Assembly: GCA_039815185.1 (NCBI GenBank)
Contig: JBCBZT010000010.1
Coordinates: 96,001-160,000, forward strand
DNA length: 64,000 nucleotides
Direction of reading: 5' to 3'
Origin: Cyanobacteria bacterium P01_A01_bin.123
GTDB taxonomy: Bacteria; Cyanobacteriota; Cyanobacteriia; Phormidesmidales; Phormidesmidaceae
A program made the translations under genes and the position numbers. Within the stretch, counting starts at the first letter, position 1; each line of letters begins with the position of its first letter. This document shows positions 21,514 to 32,500 of this stretch, one piece after another. The notes under the pieces were generated by a model. It saw only the letters and a list, made by a program, of their open reading frames with translations, ran no database searches and was not told the DNA's origin.

Positions 21514-22464
21514 ATGTGTATGCGCAAGTGGGGAATGACCATAGTGAATAAGATAGCCCGTTGGCCAATGGTGGCTGTAGCTGGGGCGATCGCGCTGAAC
21601 TCTGTTTTTGCGAGCCGCGTTGTCGCTACTACGGAGTCTGATATTGCTACGCTGCAAAATGAACTTGAACTTGCCGTTTGCCTGAATGAATGGCCTTATG
21701 CCTTGGCGTTAATTGATCCCCTGATTGCCGCCCCTAACGTTTCCGCGGGCTACCGTTCAGAGCTGGTGCAATTTCGCTATCAACTCCAGGGTTACGCTAC
21801 GATGAGTGCGATTATTCCCACATCATCGACTTGCGAAACGGTCTTAGCGCGCACTATTCCTGCGGATCGCGTGGTTTCTGCAGAGCTTCCTCTGGATTGG
21901 GCCGGTTCAATTTATGCGCTAACGAATTCAGGTAATCCAAGACCTGCGGCTATCCGTCAAACGGCCCAGGCTCAACCGATTGCCCAAGTTGTTCTGAACG
22001 ATGCCGATGAGCCCATTCCGCTCTTGAGCCCAGCGACTCCGGTTGATTTGAGCAATGGTTCGAATGTGGTAGCCGGGGCAGTCAGCACTGGCTATGAAGT
22101 GTTTAGCTTTTTAGCGGGTTTGGGCGATCGCGTGAGCTTAGAAGTAGATGTCACTGAAGTCTTACCAGGTGCGCTGTACACTGATGACGATTCACAGCTA
22201 TTTTTATTTGACCGCAATGGTAGGCTCCTGGTCGAGAATGACGACCTGAGCGGCTTGCAGTCGAGCATTCAAGACTTTGCCATTCCGGAAACGGGTTATT
22301 ATTACGCCGTTATCACGACTTACAACAATGATCCCATCTTGAATGCTGCACAGGAGATTTCAGGCTGGAGCAACAACGGGGGCAGCAACATTGAATATAC
22401 GCTAACCATCAGCGGGGTCACACCCACGGCACAGTTGCTGCGGCCTGCGGTCTCGGAACAATAG
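21514..22464 (+). CDS. Secreted protein with C-terminal PPC/DVUA0089-like domain
   Basis: Signal-like N-terminus; DSQLFLFD...VENDD...GYYYAVITTYNNDP; exact start uncertain. Confidence 0.65.
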   Translation: MCMRKWGMTIVNKIARWPMVAVAGAIALNSVFASRVVATTESDIATLQNELELAVCLNEWPYALALIDPLIAAPNVSAGYRSELVQFRYQLQGYATMSAIIPTSSTCETVLARTIPADRVVSAELPLDWAGSIYALTNSGNPRPAAIRQTAQAQPIAQVVLNDADEPIPLLSPATPVDLSNGSNVVAGAVSTGYEVFSFLAGLGDRVSLEVDVTEVLPGALYTDDDSQLFLFDRNGRLLVENDDLSGLQSSIQDFAIPETGYYYAVITTYNNDPILNAAQEISGWSNNGGSNIEYTLTISGVTPTAQLLRPAVSEQ

Positions 22465-22939
22465 CGATCTAGTCACTGCAGCATGATCTCGCCAGCCCGG
22501 TTCCCAGTCACTTCGACTGCAATTGTCTGGCTCAAGGCTAATGGATCAACTGTGTTGAGTAATTTCCCCCTATTTGCGCTGAATTTAGCAAAATTGGGCC
22601 CCATCGCCCAGATTAGTCTCAGTAAATCAACGATAGTCACAGGAATTTCGGCAGGCTAAGCTGAAGTCGTTCTGCAGGGGGTCAGCAGGCCGCTACGATC
22701 ACTCACATGAGAGTCGATTGGAAAACTTGAGTTTTAGCTCAGGGAAACAATAGATCTCGATGTAGCCGAAGCATAATTATAAATTTTTATCGGTTTTGTC
22801 GTTAGCGACTCGACACCATCAAGCGATACAATGCAAACTTTAATAGGCGTTTGTTGTTACAGCTTGGGTTCTGGTATCGATCGTAGTCTGTGTGTAGTCA
22901 TCCTCTGCCCGTTAGGTATAGATAATTCTGCTAGCATCT

Positions 22940-23635
22940 ATGCAATCCCAATCCACCGAACGTCATTCTCCCGAATTTTCTGACCAAATCCTCGGCGCGG
23001 TCTCTGGCTTTATCGACCGCCCGGAGGATACAGACCGCTCAGCGCCAGTTACATCGGCTGAGCCCTTTCCCTTTGAGGGGCACTATGTGGGTCAGATGGA
23101 TATGATGGCTGATGCCGGCACTGTTGCTCGGTATTTAGATGCCCATCAAGGCTGGTTTCAACGCTGTGCTCAACCCATGACGGCAGAACCTCTGGGAGAG
23201 ACTGGCTACGCCATTACCATTGGTCGATTTGGGGCCTTAGATTTTGAAGTCGAACCCAAGGTGGGTTTAGACTTGCTGCCCCAAGATCAGGGCATCTATC
23301 GCATTCGCACCATTCCGGTACCGGATTATCACCTAGACTGCTATTCCGTAGATTTCCAAGCCGCTATGCACCTCTTGGAAGTCCCCAATGCGAACGAGCC
23401 CCATAAGCCGACTACCCAGGTGGAGTGGGAATTGAATCTATCGGTGTGGATAAATTTTCCGCGGTTTATTCAAGTTTTGCCGCGATCGCTGGTGAAAAAC
23501 TCAGGCGATCGGCTGTTGAATCAAATCGTGCGCCAAGTCTCTCGGCGGTTGACTCGAAAAGTACAAGAAGACTTCCATAGCAGTATGGGGTTGGTCATGC
23601 CGGAAACGCAAAAGCGCCATTTTTGGCAGCGCTAA
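22940..23635 (+). CDS. DUF1997 family protein
   Basis: YLDAHQGWFQRCAQPM, EVEPKVGL, GDRLLNQIVRQVSRRLT. Confidence 0.85.
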   Translation: MQSQSTERHSPEFSDQILGAVSGFIDRPEDTDRSAPVTSAEPFPFEGHYVGQMDMMADAGTVARYLDAHQGWFQRCAQPMTAEPLGETGYAITIGRFGALDFEVEPKVGLDLLPQDQGIYRIRTIPVPDYHLDCYSVDFQAAMHLLEVPNANEPHKPTTQVEWELNLSVWINFPRFIQVLPRSLVKNSGDRLLNQIVRQVSRRLTRKVQEDFHSSMGLVMPETQKRHFWQR

Positions 23636-23781
23636 GTAGAGAAACACCAGAAGACATAAGGTTTAGAGAGCACTCAATTTAGAGAATGCTCAATGGGGAC
23701 TTGGATGACTGCGATGCATCCGGTCTCCTTAGTCAGGTGAATCGCGTCCTAAGCAAACTAGCGACGATCCTGTCTCCTGAC

Positions 23782-25248
23782 CTAACTGCTTTCAGAATGG
23801 GCTGCTTTCAGAATGGGAACCCTCGATGCGATCGCCTTTGGCCCATTCCAGTCAGGCTTTAATAGGTAAGTCTCCATCTCACCCTGGCCTTTGATATTAA
23901 TCTTGCCGCGACATTCAAATGCGTATTTGTGCTTGAGTAGTTCGTAGGTTGTTGCACTCACATGAATCCGATCAGCTACGCCGTGGGATTCCATACGACT
24001 GGCCACATTGACGGCATCTCCCCAGAGGTCATAGCTAAATTTTTTGATCCCAATCACTCCAGCCACCACTGGGCCAGTATTGATGCCAATGCGCAGACGT
24101 AAAGGATTGCCGTTAGGACGTTTGAGATTGCGTATTGCCTGCTGCATCTCTAGGGCCATTTTGAGCGTGGCTTCGGCATGGTTTGGCGTGGGTATTGGCA
24201 ATCCCCCTACGACCATATAGGCATCGCCAATGGTTTTAATTTTCTCTAGGTGATGGCGTTCGGCAATACCATCAAAGGTTGAGAAGATTTTGTTGAGAAA
24301 TTGAACCAGCTGATGGGGCGATAGGGCTGTTGAAAGTCCTGAGAAATCGACGATATCAGCAAATAGAATGGTGACGGATCCAAATCGAGAGGCGATCGCT
24401 TCTTGTTCAACCTTGAGTTTTTCTGCAATGGAGGCGGGCAAAATGTTCAGCAGCAGCCGCTCAGTTTTTTGCTGCTCAACTTTCAAGGCTGCCTCTGCTT
24501 CTTTCCGTTCGTGGATTTCTCGGTGAATCCGATTGAACATTGTCCCGAAGGCCTGGGCTACTTCTCCCAACTCATCGTCGCGGGTTTGACTCAGGGTGTA
24601 GAAGTTGGGAATTTCATCTTGACTCACTGCCTCACCTGTCACCATCAGATCATCGCGCAAATGCAAAATCGGCACGATCAGCAGCTTTTCTAGCACTAAA
24701 ATCGTGACTAGGGTGACAAAAGCAGAAATGATGATCACCAGACCGCCAATAGCTAACACATATCGCTGCATTGTAACTTTGGCATCTGTGGCATCCAGCC
24801 GAACAACAAACACCAACTGATCTTGAAACTGACTTGCTGGCCAAGCCAACTCATAGCGGGTTCGATCCGCCGTCAATTGCCGGGTCGGTCTGTCCTGGCT
24901 GATGTCTGAAAGTGTAAGACTGGCCTGTTCACCGAACTGATCGATGACAGTGCCGTCCAATTCATAAACTACTGCACCTACGATGAAAGAATTGGGTTTG
25001 ATCCGCTCTTCGGCTGACGGTAGTAATTTTGCGGGGGCCATGCCATCCATGGCATTGTTTTTGATTGTGTAAAGCACCTCTTGGGATAGCAGTTCTAAAT
25101 CCCCCAACTTTTCCTGATAGCGCCGGAAATAGGACGGAATAAAAATGACCCCTTCAATTGTGATAATGCTGAGAAAAACCGAAGAAGCGATCCGTCTAGA
25201 GAGACGAGACTTCAACAAACCAACCGTGGATTGCAGCAGACCAGGCAT
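23782..25248 (-). CDS. Membrane-bound class III adenylate/guanylate cyclase with HAMP-like linker
   Basis: Two TM segments, RDDELGEVA, LFADIVDF, KIKTIGDAYM, YDLWGDAVNVASRMES. Confidence 0.93.
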   Translation of the reverse strand: MPGLLQSTVGLLKSRLSRRIASSVFLSIITIEGVIFIPSYFRRYQEKLGDLELLSQEVLYTIKNNAMDGMAPAKLLPSAEERIKPNSFIVGAVVYELDGTVIDQFGEQASLTLSDISQDRPTRQLTADRTRYELAWPASQFQDQLVFVVRLDATDAKVTMQRYVLAIGGLVIIISAFVTLVTILVLEKLLIVPILHLRDDLMVTGEAVSQDEIPNFYTLSQTRDDELGEVAQAFGTMFNRIHREIHERKEAEAALKVEQQKTERLLLNILPASIAEKLKVEQEAIASRFGSVTILFADIVDFSGLSTALSPHQLVQFLNKIFSTFDGIAERHHLEKIKTIGDAYMVVGGLPIPTPNHAEATLKMALEMQQAIRNLKRPNGNPLRLRIGINTGPVVAGVIGIKKFSYDLWGDAVNVASRMESHGVADRIHVSATTYELLKHKYAFECRGKINIKGQGEMETYLLKPDWNGPKAIASRVPILKAAHSESS

Positions 25249-25506
25249 GGCGAGATAGCGACGATGAATTGCAGGAAACACTTTAATCCTACTGACTAAG
25301 ACAGTTATTTCCGGTGGAAAGTAATCCTGGGAACTGACAGGGACTTAAATGTTTGCTGAGCGTTTACTGAGTTCAGGTATCAGCACCGACTTAACCATTA
25401 GGGTACCCAGCTCTCCTAGAGTCGTCCCTTCGCCATCAAGCTTTTAGCGACCATCCACCAAGATTAGCCTCTGATTCTTCTCTCAGTAAACGTCAATGTG
25501 ACTGGC

Positions 25507-26439
25507 CTACAAATGAGTTGTCAACTGGCGATGCACTGCAAAATATCCCGCCTCCACATGCGCTAAATAAGGGGCTAATTGGGTATGGGCATCGGGTAAC
25601 GCATGGAACGGAATGGCAGGATAAAGGTGATGTTCAGCATGGAAGGGCATGTTCCACATTAGCAAACGCAAGGGCCACAGGGTTAGCGTTGTGCGGGTGT
25701 TGGTGAAGGAATTGGCATCATTGGTGCAACCAGTGTGCTCAGCTAACAAGATAAATCGCAAAATCGGTTGCCCAACTGCCAGGGGTAACAGCCAATACAC
25801 GACGATAAAACTAGGATGCCCTAGCGCTGCCGACACCAGGAAAATTGCGGCATAGGCTAAAATCTGAAGCTGTGTAGAACGAGTCACATCGGCCCGCGCC
25901 TCGGCTGCAATAAAGTCACACCCAGCGAGATCTCCTTTGGCAACGTTGAAATGGGACTTCACTTTACTTATCCACCATCCAAGCGCGCTGAGCGCCATTA
26001 AGTACTCACGCCAGTTCGTAGGGGGTGGGTCGCTGAGTTCTGGATCTTTACCGGGGATTTGGGTATAGCGGTGATGCCACTTGTGATAGCGACGATAGAA
26101 GTCACTGTTATAAAAGGACAAAAACCCGGCCATCCACTCTACCCAGCGATTCATCCGGAGACTCTCAAAAGCCGTGCGGTGCCCACATTCGTGCAGGGGA
26201 GCGAACATGGCGGCAAAACTGAAACCATAAACAACGAGTGCCGGTATGGCAATCCATAGGTGACTCTGCTGGGTACCCCAGAGATATCCACTAGTGACCA
26301 TAATTGTCAGATGTCCAATAAGGTGACGCCATCCCTTGAGGTCGGACTTTTGATTGAGGGTTTTGAGATCTGCAGGCGACAATACTTGTTTGGGGATAGG
26401 TGACTGATGGATTTTGACAGGGGGCTGAAGACCGACCAT
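25507..26439 (-). CDS. Fatty-acid-desaturase-superfamily di-iron membrane enzyme (MocD-like)
   Basis: His boxes HECGH, HKWHH, HAEHH. Confidence 0.88.
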   Translation of the reverse strand: MVGLQPPVKIHQSPIPKQVLSPADLKTLNQKSDLKGWRHLIGHLTIMVTSGYLWGTQQSHLWIAIPALVVYGFSFAAMFAPLHECGHRTAFESLRMNRWVEWMAGFLSFYNSDFYRRYHKWHHRYTQIPGKDPELSDPPPTNWREYLMALSALGWWISKVKSHFNVAKGDLAGCDFIAAEARADVTRSTQLQILAYAAIFLVSAALGHPSFIVVYWLLPLAVGQPILRFILLAEHTGCTNDANSFTNTRTTLTLWPLRLLMWNMPFHAEHHLYPAIPFHALPDAHTQLAPYLAHVEAGYFAVHRQLTTHL

Positions 26440-26566
26440 AGGTAAATTACTCCAGATGGATTGAGACAGCTAAACCATGTCCGTTTGCTTCAGGTAGGGA
26501 GATAAGACCCTGTGCTCCTAAAAGAAAACGGTGGACTAGATGGGGATGAGGTTTGCTATACTCGCC

Positions 26567-26625
26567 ACTTATTATGACAAGTTTGACCATAACCCTATCA
26601 AAGAGCTACCTGTTATAACAAGTAG
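26567..26625. promoter_or_regulatory. Two GntR/HutC-type palindromic operators
   Basis: ACTTATTATGACAAGT (26567-26582) and CTACCTGTTATAACAAGTAG (26606-26625) between the divergent desaturase-like and GntR genes. Confidence 0.6.
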
Positions 26626-26674
26626 GGGGTCTAGATTTGATGACAAACCGAGTTTTACCTGTGTCTATAAATCC

Positions 26675-27412
26675 ATGGCCGATCCGCTCCACATTTTGAT
26701 TTCAGCTCAGTTGCAGCAGCAAATTGTTCAGGGGGATTACGGGGCAGAGGCAAAGTTGCCCAGTGAACGGCAACTGATGGCACAGTTTGGTGTAAGTCGG
26801 ATCACGATCCGTCGCGCGATCGCAAACCTGATTCACCAAGGTCTGGTCACCGCTTACCAGGGAAAAGGCGTATTTGTGAATGAACGCCGTAAGATTGCCC
26901 ATTCGCTCTCTAGTCCTCTGGTGTTTGTAGGCAACGACATGACGCAACAGGGTATAGACTTTGCCATGCGCAATTTGGTATTTGAACCGATTGCCGTCCC
27001 CGAAGCCGTGCGCATCGGATTGCAGATTGCTTCACAGCAGGCCAAAGTGTATCTGCAAAAGAAATTATTTTTGATGAATGGGGTCGTGGGGGCAATTGAC
27101 ATCACCTATATCCCTTTTGATCTAGGCAAAGCCCACAGTCAGGCGCTGCAATCTCAAATGACCTTTCCCACGTTGGAAGCGAGGGGCATATCGATTGAAC
27201 GGATAGAGGCGCTGTTGGAATGTACCCATGCCGATAGTGAAATCAGTGAACACTTGGGGGTGCCCCTGGGCCATCCGCTGATGGTTTATCGCTACACGGC
27301 CTATACGCAAGACAATCAGCCTATTGTCTATGGCGAATCAATTTCGCGGGCCGATCGGTTTTGCTATACGGTCACAATTACCAGAGGCTCCCCTAATCAA
27401 CATGGGTTTTGA
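26675..27412 (+). CDS. GntR family transcriptional regulator (HutC/UTRA subfamily)
   Basis: LPSERQLMAQFGVSRITIRRAI...GKGVFV plus UTRA-like C-terminus; ATG 26675 preferred over 26540. Confidence 0.92.
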   Translation: MADPLHILISAQLQQQIVQGDYGAEAKLPSERQLMAQFGVSRITIRRAIANLIHQGLVTAYQGKGVFVNERRKIAHSLSSPLVFVGNDMTQQGIDFAMRNLVFEPIAVPEAVRIGLQIASQQAKVYLQKKLFLMNGVVGAIDITYIPFDLGKAHSQALQSQMTFPTLEARGISIERIEALLECTHADSEISEHLGVPLGHPLMVYRYTAYTQDNQPIVYGESISRADRFCYTVTITRGSPNQHGF

Positions 27413-27932
27413 GGAAATCTAATACTTCGTCACACCAGCCAATCCAGTCTTCTTCATAGCGAATGCCTCGGCGTAGGGTGAGATAGCGAAACTGTTCAGC
27501 AGCGGTATTGTTTTGCCGGGCTTGGAAATGAACTTCTTTGTCTTGGTAGCGCTGAAGCTGGGTTTGGTGGAGTTGACGACGGTGGTGAAGTTCTTTGAGC
27601 AATAAGTCGCGGGGCATGTGGGCTGCGGCCATGACTTTCACCAACAAGTCTTCGCGGACTGGGGTGGGTTCAGTGGGTTCAGCGAACCATTTAGCCAATT
27701 CTTGGTGGCCGAGTTCAGTGATCTGATAAACCTTTTTGTCCGGTTTACCTTCCTGGGGAATCTTTTCGAAATTGACCCAACCCTGGGTCTCCATTTTGGA
27801 TAGTTCGCGATAAATCTGTTGCTGACTTGCTTTCCAGTAGCACCCCACACCTTCATCAAAGCGTTTACCAATGTCGTAACCGCTGCAAGGACAGTGGGAA
27901 AGAACCGCCAAAATCGTGTGGGCTAAGGCCAT
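27393..27932 (-). CDS. PadR family transcriptional regulator
   Basis: SGYDI...WKASQQQIYREL...PDKKVYQIT; C-terminal LTLRRGIRYE. Confidence 0.93.
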   Translation of the reverse strand: MALAHTILAVLSHCPCSGYDIGKRFDEGVGCYWKASQQQIYRELSKMETQGWVNFEKIPQEGKPDKKVYQITELGHQELAKWFAEPTEPTPVREDLLVKVMAAAHMPRDLLLKELHHRRQLHQTQLQRYQDKEVHFQARQNNTAAEQFRYLTLRRGIRYEEDWIGWCDEVLDFLKTHVD

Positions 27933-27956
27933 AGCTGTCGAACTGGATCGGGAAGA

Positions 27957-27986
27957 TTGACATACTCAACAAATTGAGTATACGCT
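27957..27986 (+). promoter_or_regulatory. Sigma70-type promoter of the RND operon with an embedded PadR-like operator
   Basis: TTGACA-N18-TACGCT overlapping the inverted repeat ATACTCAA-caaa-TTGAGTAT (27962-27981). Confidence 0.65.
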
Positions 27987-28051
27987 AAGGTGTAAATAAG
28001 CAAAAAGTTGAATAACAAAAGGTTGTTTAGGTAATCATTTGGATTTCTACC

Positions 28052-29422
28052 ATGCAGATTGAATCCACCGCGCCCAATCAATCGCCCGCATCCGCTGGTC
28101 AACACTCTGATACGGCTATCCATGAGGCTGCCAATCCAACGCTGCCTAAACTGACCCTAAAACGATGGCAGCTTTGGGGATTGTTACCGTTGCTGCTATT
28201 GCCTGTGGGCGCGATCGCAACCAATAAAGTTCTTAGTAGCGGGCCATCTGAAACCGCCGTTACCCAGGCTTTGCCCGTGGAAACATTGGTCGTGCAACCC
28301 GTGGATGAATACAGTGTAGACCGCAGTTACAGCGGTGAACTCGCCGCTGGACGCAGCAGCGAGTTGGGCTTTGAACTAGGGGGTAAAGTGGTCGAAATTT
28401 TGGTAGACGAAGGCGATGCGGTGAACGCGGGGCAACCCCTAGCTCGACTCGACACCCGTAGCCTACAGGCCCAGCGACAGCAGCTCGTCGCCCAGCGAGA
28501 TCAAGCTGCCGCCCAACTCCAAGAACTGCAAGCAGGTCCCCGACAGCAAGACATCGCAGCAGCCCGCGCCGCCGTAGCCGACTTGCAAAACCAGGTTGAC
28601 TTAGGCCGTTTGCAGGAAACCCGACGCCAAGATCTCTACGATCAAGGTGCTATTTCCCGAGAAGAGTTGGATCAGCAAACGTTTGGCACCGGATCGCTTG
28701 AAAGTCGTCTCCAGCAGGCCCAAAGTAATCTTGACGAACTGTTAGCAGGCACTCGCCAAGAGCAAATATCGGCTCAATCTGCGGCTGTGCGTCAACTTGA
28801 GGCCGCGATCGCTAGCCTCGATATCGATCTCTCCAAAAGTGTACTGACTGCCCCATTCAACGGTCGTGTCAGCCAGCGGCTGATTGACGAAGGAGCCGTG
28901 GTCAGCAGTGGGCAATCCTTGCTCAAACTGGTCGAAGGCGACACCCTTGAGGCTCGTATCGGCGTCCCGACAGAAGTTGCAACAGCGCTGCCTATTGGCA
29001 GCCCGCAGCAGGTCATCGTCGGCGATCGCGCGCTGTCTGCCATCGTCACCGCTCAACTGCCTGAAGTAGATGCCACCAGCCGCACCGTCACCATTGTCCT
29101 AGACCTCCAAACCGACACTCCTATTCCGGTCGGTCAAACCATCCAGCTCAGCGTCACCGAAACCCAGACCACCAAAGGCTTCTGGCTCCCCTCTACCGCC
29201 CTCGTCCCCGCCGAACAAGGCTTATGGTCTGTCTATGTCGCTAAAGCCTCCCCTCAGCAGTCAACCGCAGACAATTACACCGTCTCCCGCCAAGACGTTG
29301 AAGTGATGCACACCCAAGGCGATCGCGTTTTGGTTCGCGGTACGCTGCAACCCGGCGATCGCGCCATTACCTCTGGAACGCATCGGATTGTGGCAGGGCA
29401 GGTGGTAAGTGTCTTGAGGTGA
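28052..29422 (+). CDS. RND efflux periplasmic adaptor (membrane fusion protein)
   Basis: GKVVEILVDEGDAV...LARLD lipoyl half, long coiled coil, LTAPFNG. Confidence 0.93.
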   Translation: MQIESTAPNQSPASAGQHSDTAIHEAANPTLPKLTLKRWQLWGLLPLLLLPVGAIATNKVLSSGPSETAVTQALPVETLVVQPVDEYSVDRSYSGELAAGRSSELGFELGGKVVEILVDEGDAVNAGQPLARLDTRSLQAQRQQLVAQRDQAAAQLQELQAGPRQQDIAAARAAVADLQNQVDLGRLQETRRQDLYDQGAISREELDQQTFGTGSLESRLQQAQSNLDELLAGTRQEQISAQSAAVRQLEAAIASLDIDLSKSVLTAPFNGRVSQRLIDEGAVVSSGQSLLKLVEGDTLEARIGVPTEVATALPIGSPQQVIVGDRALSAIVTAQLPEVDATSRTVTIVLDLQTDTPIPVGQTIQLSVTETQTTKGFWLPSTALVPAEQGLWSVYVAKASPQQSTADNYTVSRQDVEVMHTQGDRVLVRGTLQPGDRAITSGTHRIVAGQVVSVLR

Positions 29423-29469
29423 TGCGGTGTGGATACGATTACCGCTTCCTGGGGTGATGGAGTGATAAT

Positions 29470-29547
29470 TCCCAATCCCCTCTGCTTACTCCACTCCCTT
29501 ACTCTCCCACTCCTTTACTCCCCAACTTCCCCACCTAACTCCCCACT
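29470..29547 (+). repeat. Pyrimidine-rich degenerate short tandem repeat (STRR-like)
   Basis: Repeated actcc/cccact-type units between the MFP and RND genes. Confidence 0.45.
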
Positions 29548-32500
29548 ATGTTCAACCTCTTCTACCGCAACCGCCAACTCCTTTTCCTCACCCTCGCCCT
29601 CGTGGTGGTCTGGGGCCTCTCTGCCTTCCTCACGTTGCCACGGATGGAGGATCCCGAAATTACGCAGCGGTTTTCTACCGTGACCACCTTTTTGCCTGGG
29701 GCGAGTCCAGAGCGGGTCGAAACGCTAATTACTGAAAAGGTGGAAGAAAGGCTGTTTGAACTAGAGGAGGTGGAATCGATTGAATCGACCTCAAGTTTGG
29801 GCATATCCGTAGTAACGGTGGAAATCAAAGAAGCCATTCGCAATGTTGATCCGGTTTGGGCTAAGGTGCGCAGCAAAATTGACGACGTAGTCCCCGAACT
29901 GCCCCCAGACGCCTCCGATCCAGAATATGAAGACAGCACGGTATCAGCCAGTGCCCTGATCGTCGGATTAACCTGGCAGCTCAATGCAGAACCCAACTAT
30001 GCGATCTTAGGTCGGTTGATTGACGGGTTAGAAGACGATATTCGGGCGATTCCCGGTACGGATAAGCTGGAGATCTTTGGTGAACCGGATGAAGAAATTA
30101 CGGTGGAGATTGCGCCCGCAAAGTTGGCGCAGCTCGGGATCACAGCCCAGCAGCTAGCACAACAAATTCAGGCCAGCGATGCCAAGCTGTCGGCGGGGCA
30201 GTTTCGCAGCAGTGATAATGAGCTACTGCTGGAAATCAACAGCGAACTAGATTCTTTAGAGCGGATCCGCGAAATTCCCATCCAGCTTGGCACGGGTAGC
30301 CAAGCCGCACGGCTAGGAGACATCGCCCAAGTCACCAAGGGGATTCAAGATCCCGCGTCAGAGTTAGCCATTGTCAATGGCTATCCAGCAGTGGCGCTTT
30401 CCGCCACGGTAGAAAATGGGCAGCGGGTGGATCAGTGGGCGGTACAGGCCCGGCAAGTTTTGACTGATTTTGAAGCAAACCTGTCTGATGGATTGGGTCT
30501 GGCGACGGTACTCGATCAAAGCCAGTATGTACAGCAGCGCCTCAACGGTGTGGTGATGAACCTGATCGTGGGGTCTGGCTTGGTGATTGCGGTATCGCTA
30601 GTCATGTTGGGTTGGCGATCGGCGTTGATTGTCGGCTCTGCTTTGCCCTTGGTGACGCTGATGGTGTTTGGCTGTATGAAGGTGCTGGGGGTGCCGCTAC
30701 ACCAAATGTCGGTGACGGGCATCATCATTGCATTGGGGTTGTTGATCGACAACGCCATCGTCGTCGTGGACGAAATGCAGATTCGTTTGCGGGAAGGGTT
30801 GTCTACAGCAGCAGCAGTGAGCGGTACGGTGAACCACTTGCTGGTACCGCTGACGGCCTCAACATTGACGACCGTGTTGGCCTTTGTGCCCATTGCCACC
30901 TCACCAGGGGGCACGGGAGAATTCATCGGCACTATTGGCCTAACAGTAATTTTGGCGTTAATCAGTTCGCTGTTTTTGTCGCTCACGGTGGTTGTGTCAC
31001 TCACGGGGTTGATCAGCCGACGGCGGACAGATTCTCAATCGCTAACGCCCCAAGCAACTCGCTGGTGGCAAAGTGGGTTTGCCAACGCTAACCTCACTGT
31101 TTTGTATAGCTGGACCTTAGAAAAAGTCTTTCGTCGCCCTTGGCTGGGCATCGGCTTAGCGCTGGTACTCCCCGTTATTGGCTTTGCCATGTTCGGCACG
31201 TTAGATCAGCAGTTTTTCCCGCCGACTAACCGTAACCAGTTTCAAATTGAGTTTGAGTTGCCAAGTCAAAGCGCGATCGCAGAAACGCAGACCCAAATTT
31301 TAGCCGCGCGCGATCTGATTCGTCAGCACGAACGGGTGGATGACATTCACTGGTTTATGGGGGAAAGCGCCCCGTCGTTTTTCTACAACGTGTTGAGCAA
31401 TCGGCGCAACGCCCCGAACTACGCCCAAGGCATTGTCCAGTTGAATGACACCACTGATCTACGACAGACGATTCAAGATTTGCAGTGGGAACTTGACGCC
31501 GCTTTCCCCGATGCTCAGGTACTGGTGAAACAGCTTGAACAAGGCCCCCCCTTTGATGCACCCATTGAACTGCGGATTTACGGGTCTGACATGGCTCAAC
31601 TGCGACAGGTTGGCAACGATCTGCGCGGAGAACTGGCCCAGGTCTCTGATGTGATTCACACCCAGGCTGACTTGACCGAAGGCCTACCGAAGCTGGCTTT
31701 AACAGTAGATGAAGTACAGGCGCGGCAGGCCGGGTTAGACAACAGCGCGATCGCCCGTCAACTCAATACCGCCTTGGAAGGCAGCGTCGGCGGTTCCGTT
31801 TTAGAGGGAACGGAAGATATTCCAGTACGGGTGCGACTCAGCGATCAGCGACGGGGAGATTTGGGCGAAATTTCAGCCTTAGATCTGGTTGCAGGCAACG
31901 GTGAGGCACTCCCTTTAAACGCGATCGCGGATCTATCCCTCATCCCTGACCTAGCCCAAATTACCCGTAAAGATGGGCAGCGGATCAACACAGTGCAGGG
32001 CTTCATCACCGCGGGGGCACTGCCAGACAACGTGCTCACCCGGTTCAAGCAGCGTCTAGAAGAGACAAACTTTACCCTACCCTCCGGCTATCGTCTGGAA
32101 TATGGCGGCGAAGCCGACGCTCGGGGAGATGCTGTGGGCAACTTACTTTCGACCGTCGGGGTGCTGGTGATTTTAATGACGGCCACGTTGGTGTTGTCGT
32201 TTAATTCCTTTGGTCTGGCAGCGCTGATCGCCTCAGTCGCTGTATTTGCCGTGGGGCTTGCAGCTCTGGCACTGTGGCTATTCAATTCCCTGTTTGGCTT
32301 CACGGCTATTTTGGGGACTTTGGGGCTGATTGGGTTAGCAATTAATGATTCAATTGTGGTGTTAGCGGCGTTGAGAGAAGATCCACTGGCGAGTCAAGGC
32401 GATCGCAGGGCAACCCAAGCCGTCGTGCTCAAGGCGACCCGTCACGTTGCCGCCACAACCCTGACCACGATTACAGGATTTATCCCGCTGCTAATGGATT

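Noticed and set aside
26540..26674. 45-aa N-terminal extension of GntR in the ORF track
   Set aside because: It overlaps the operators and is not GntR-like; the start is more likely 26675.
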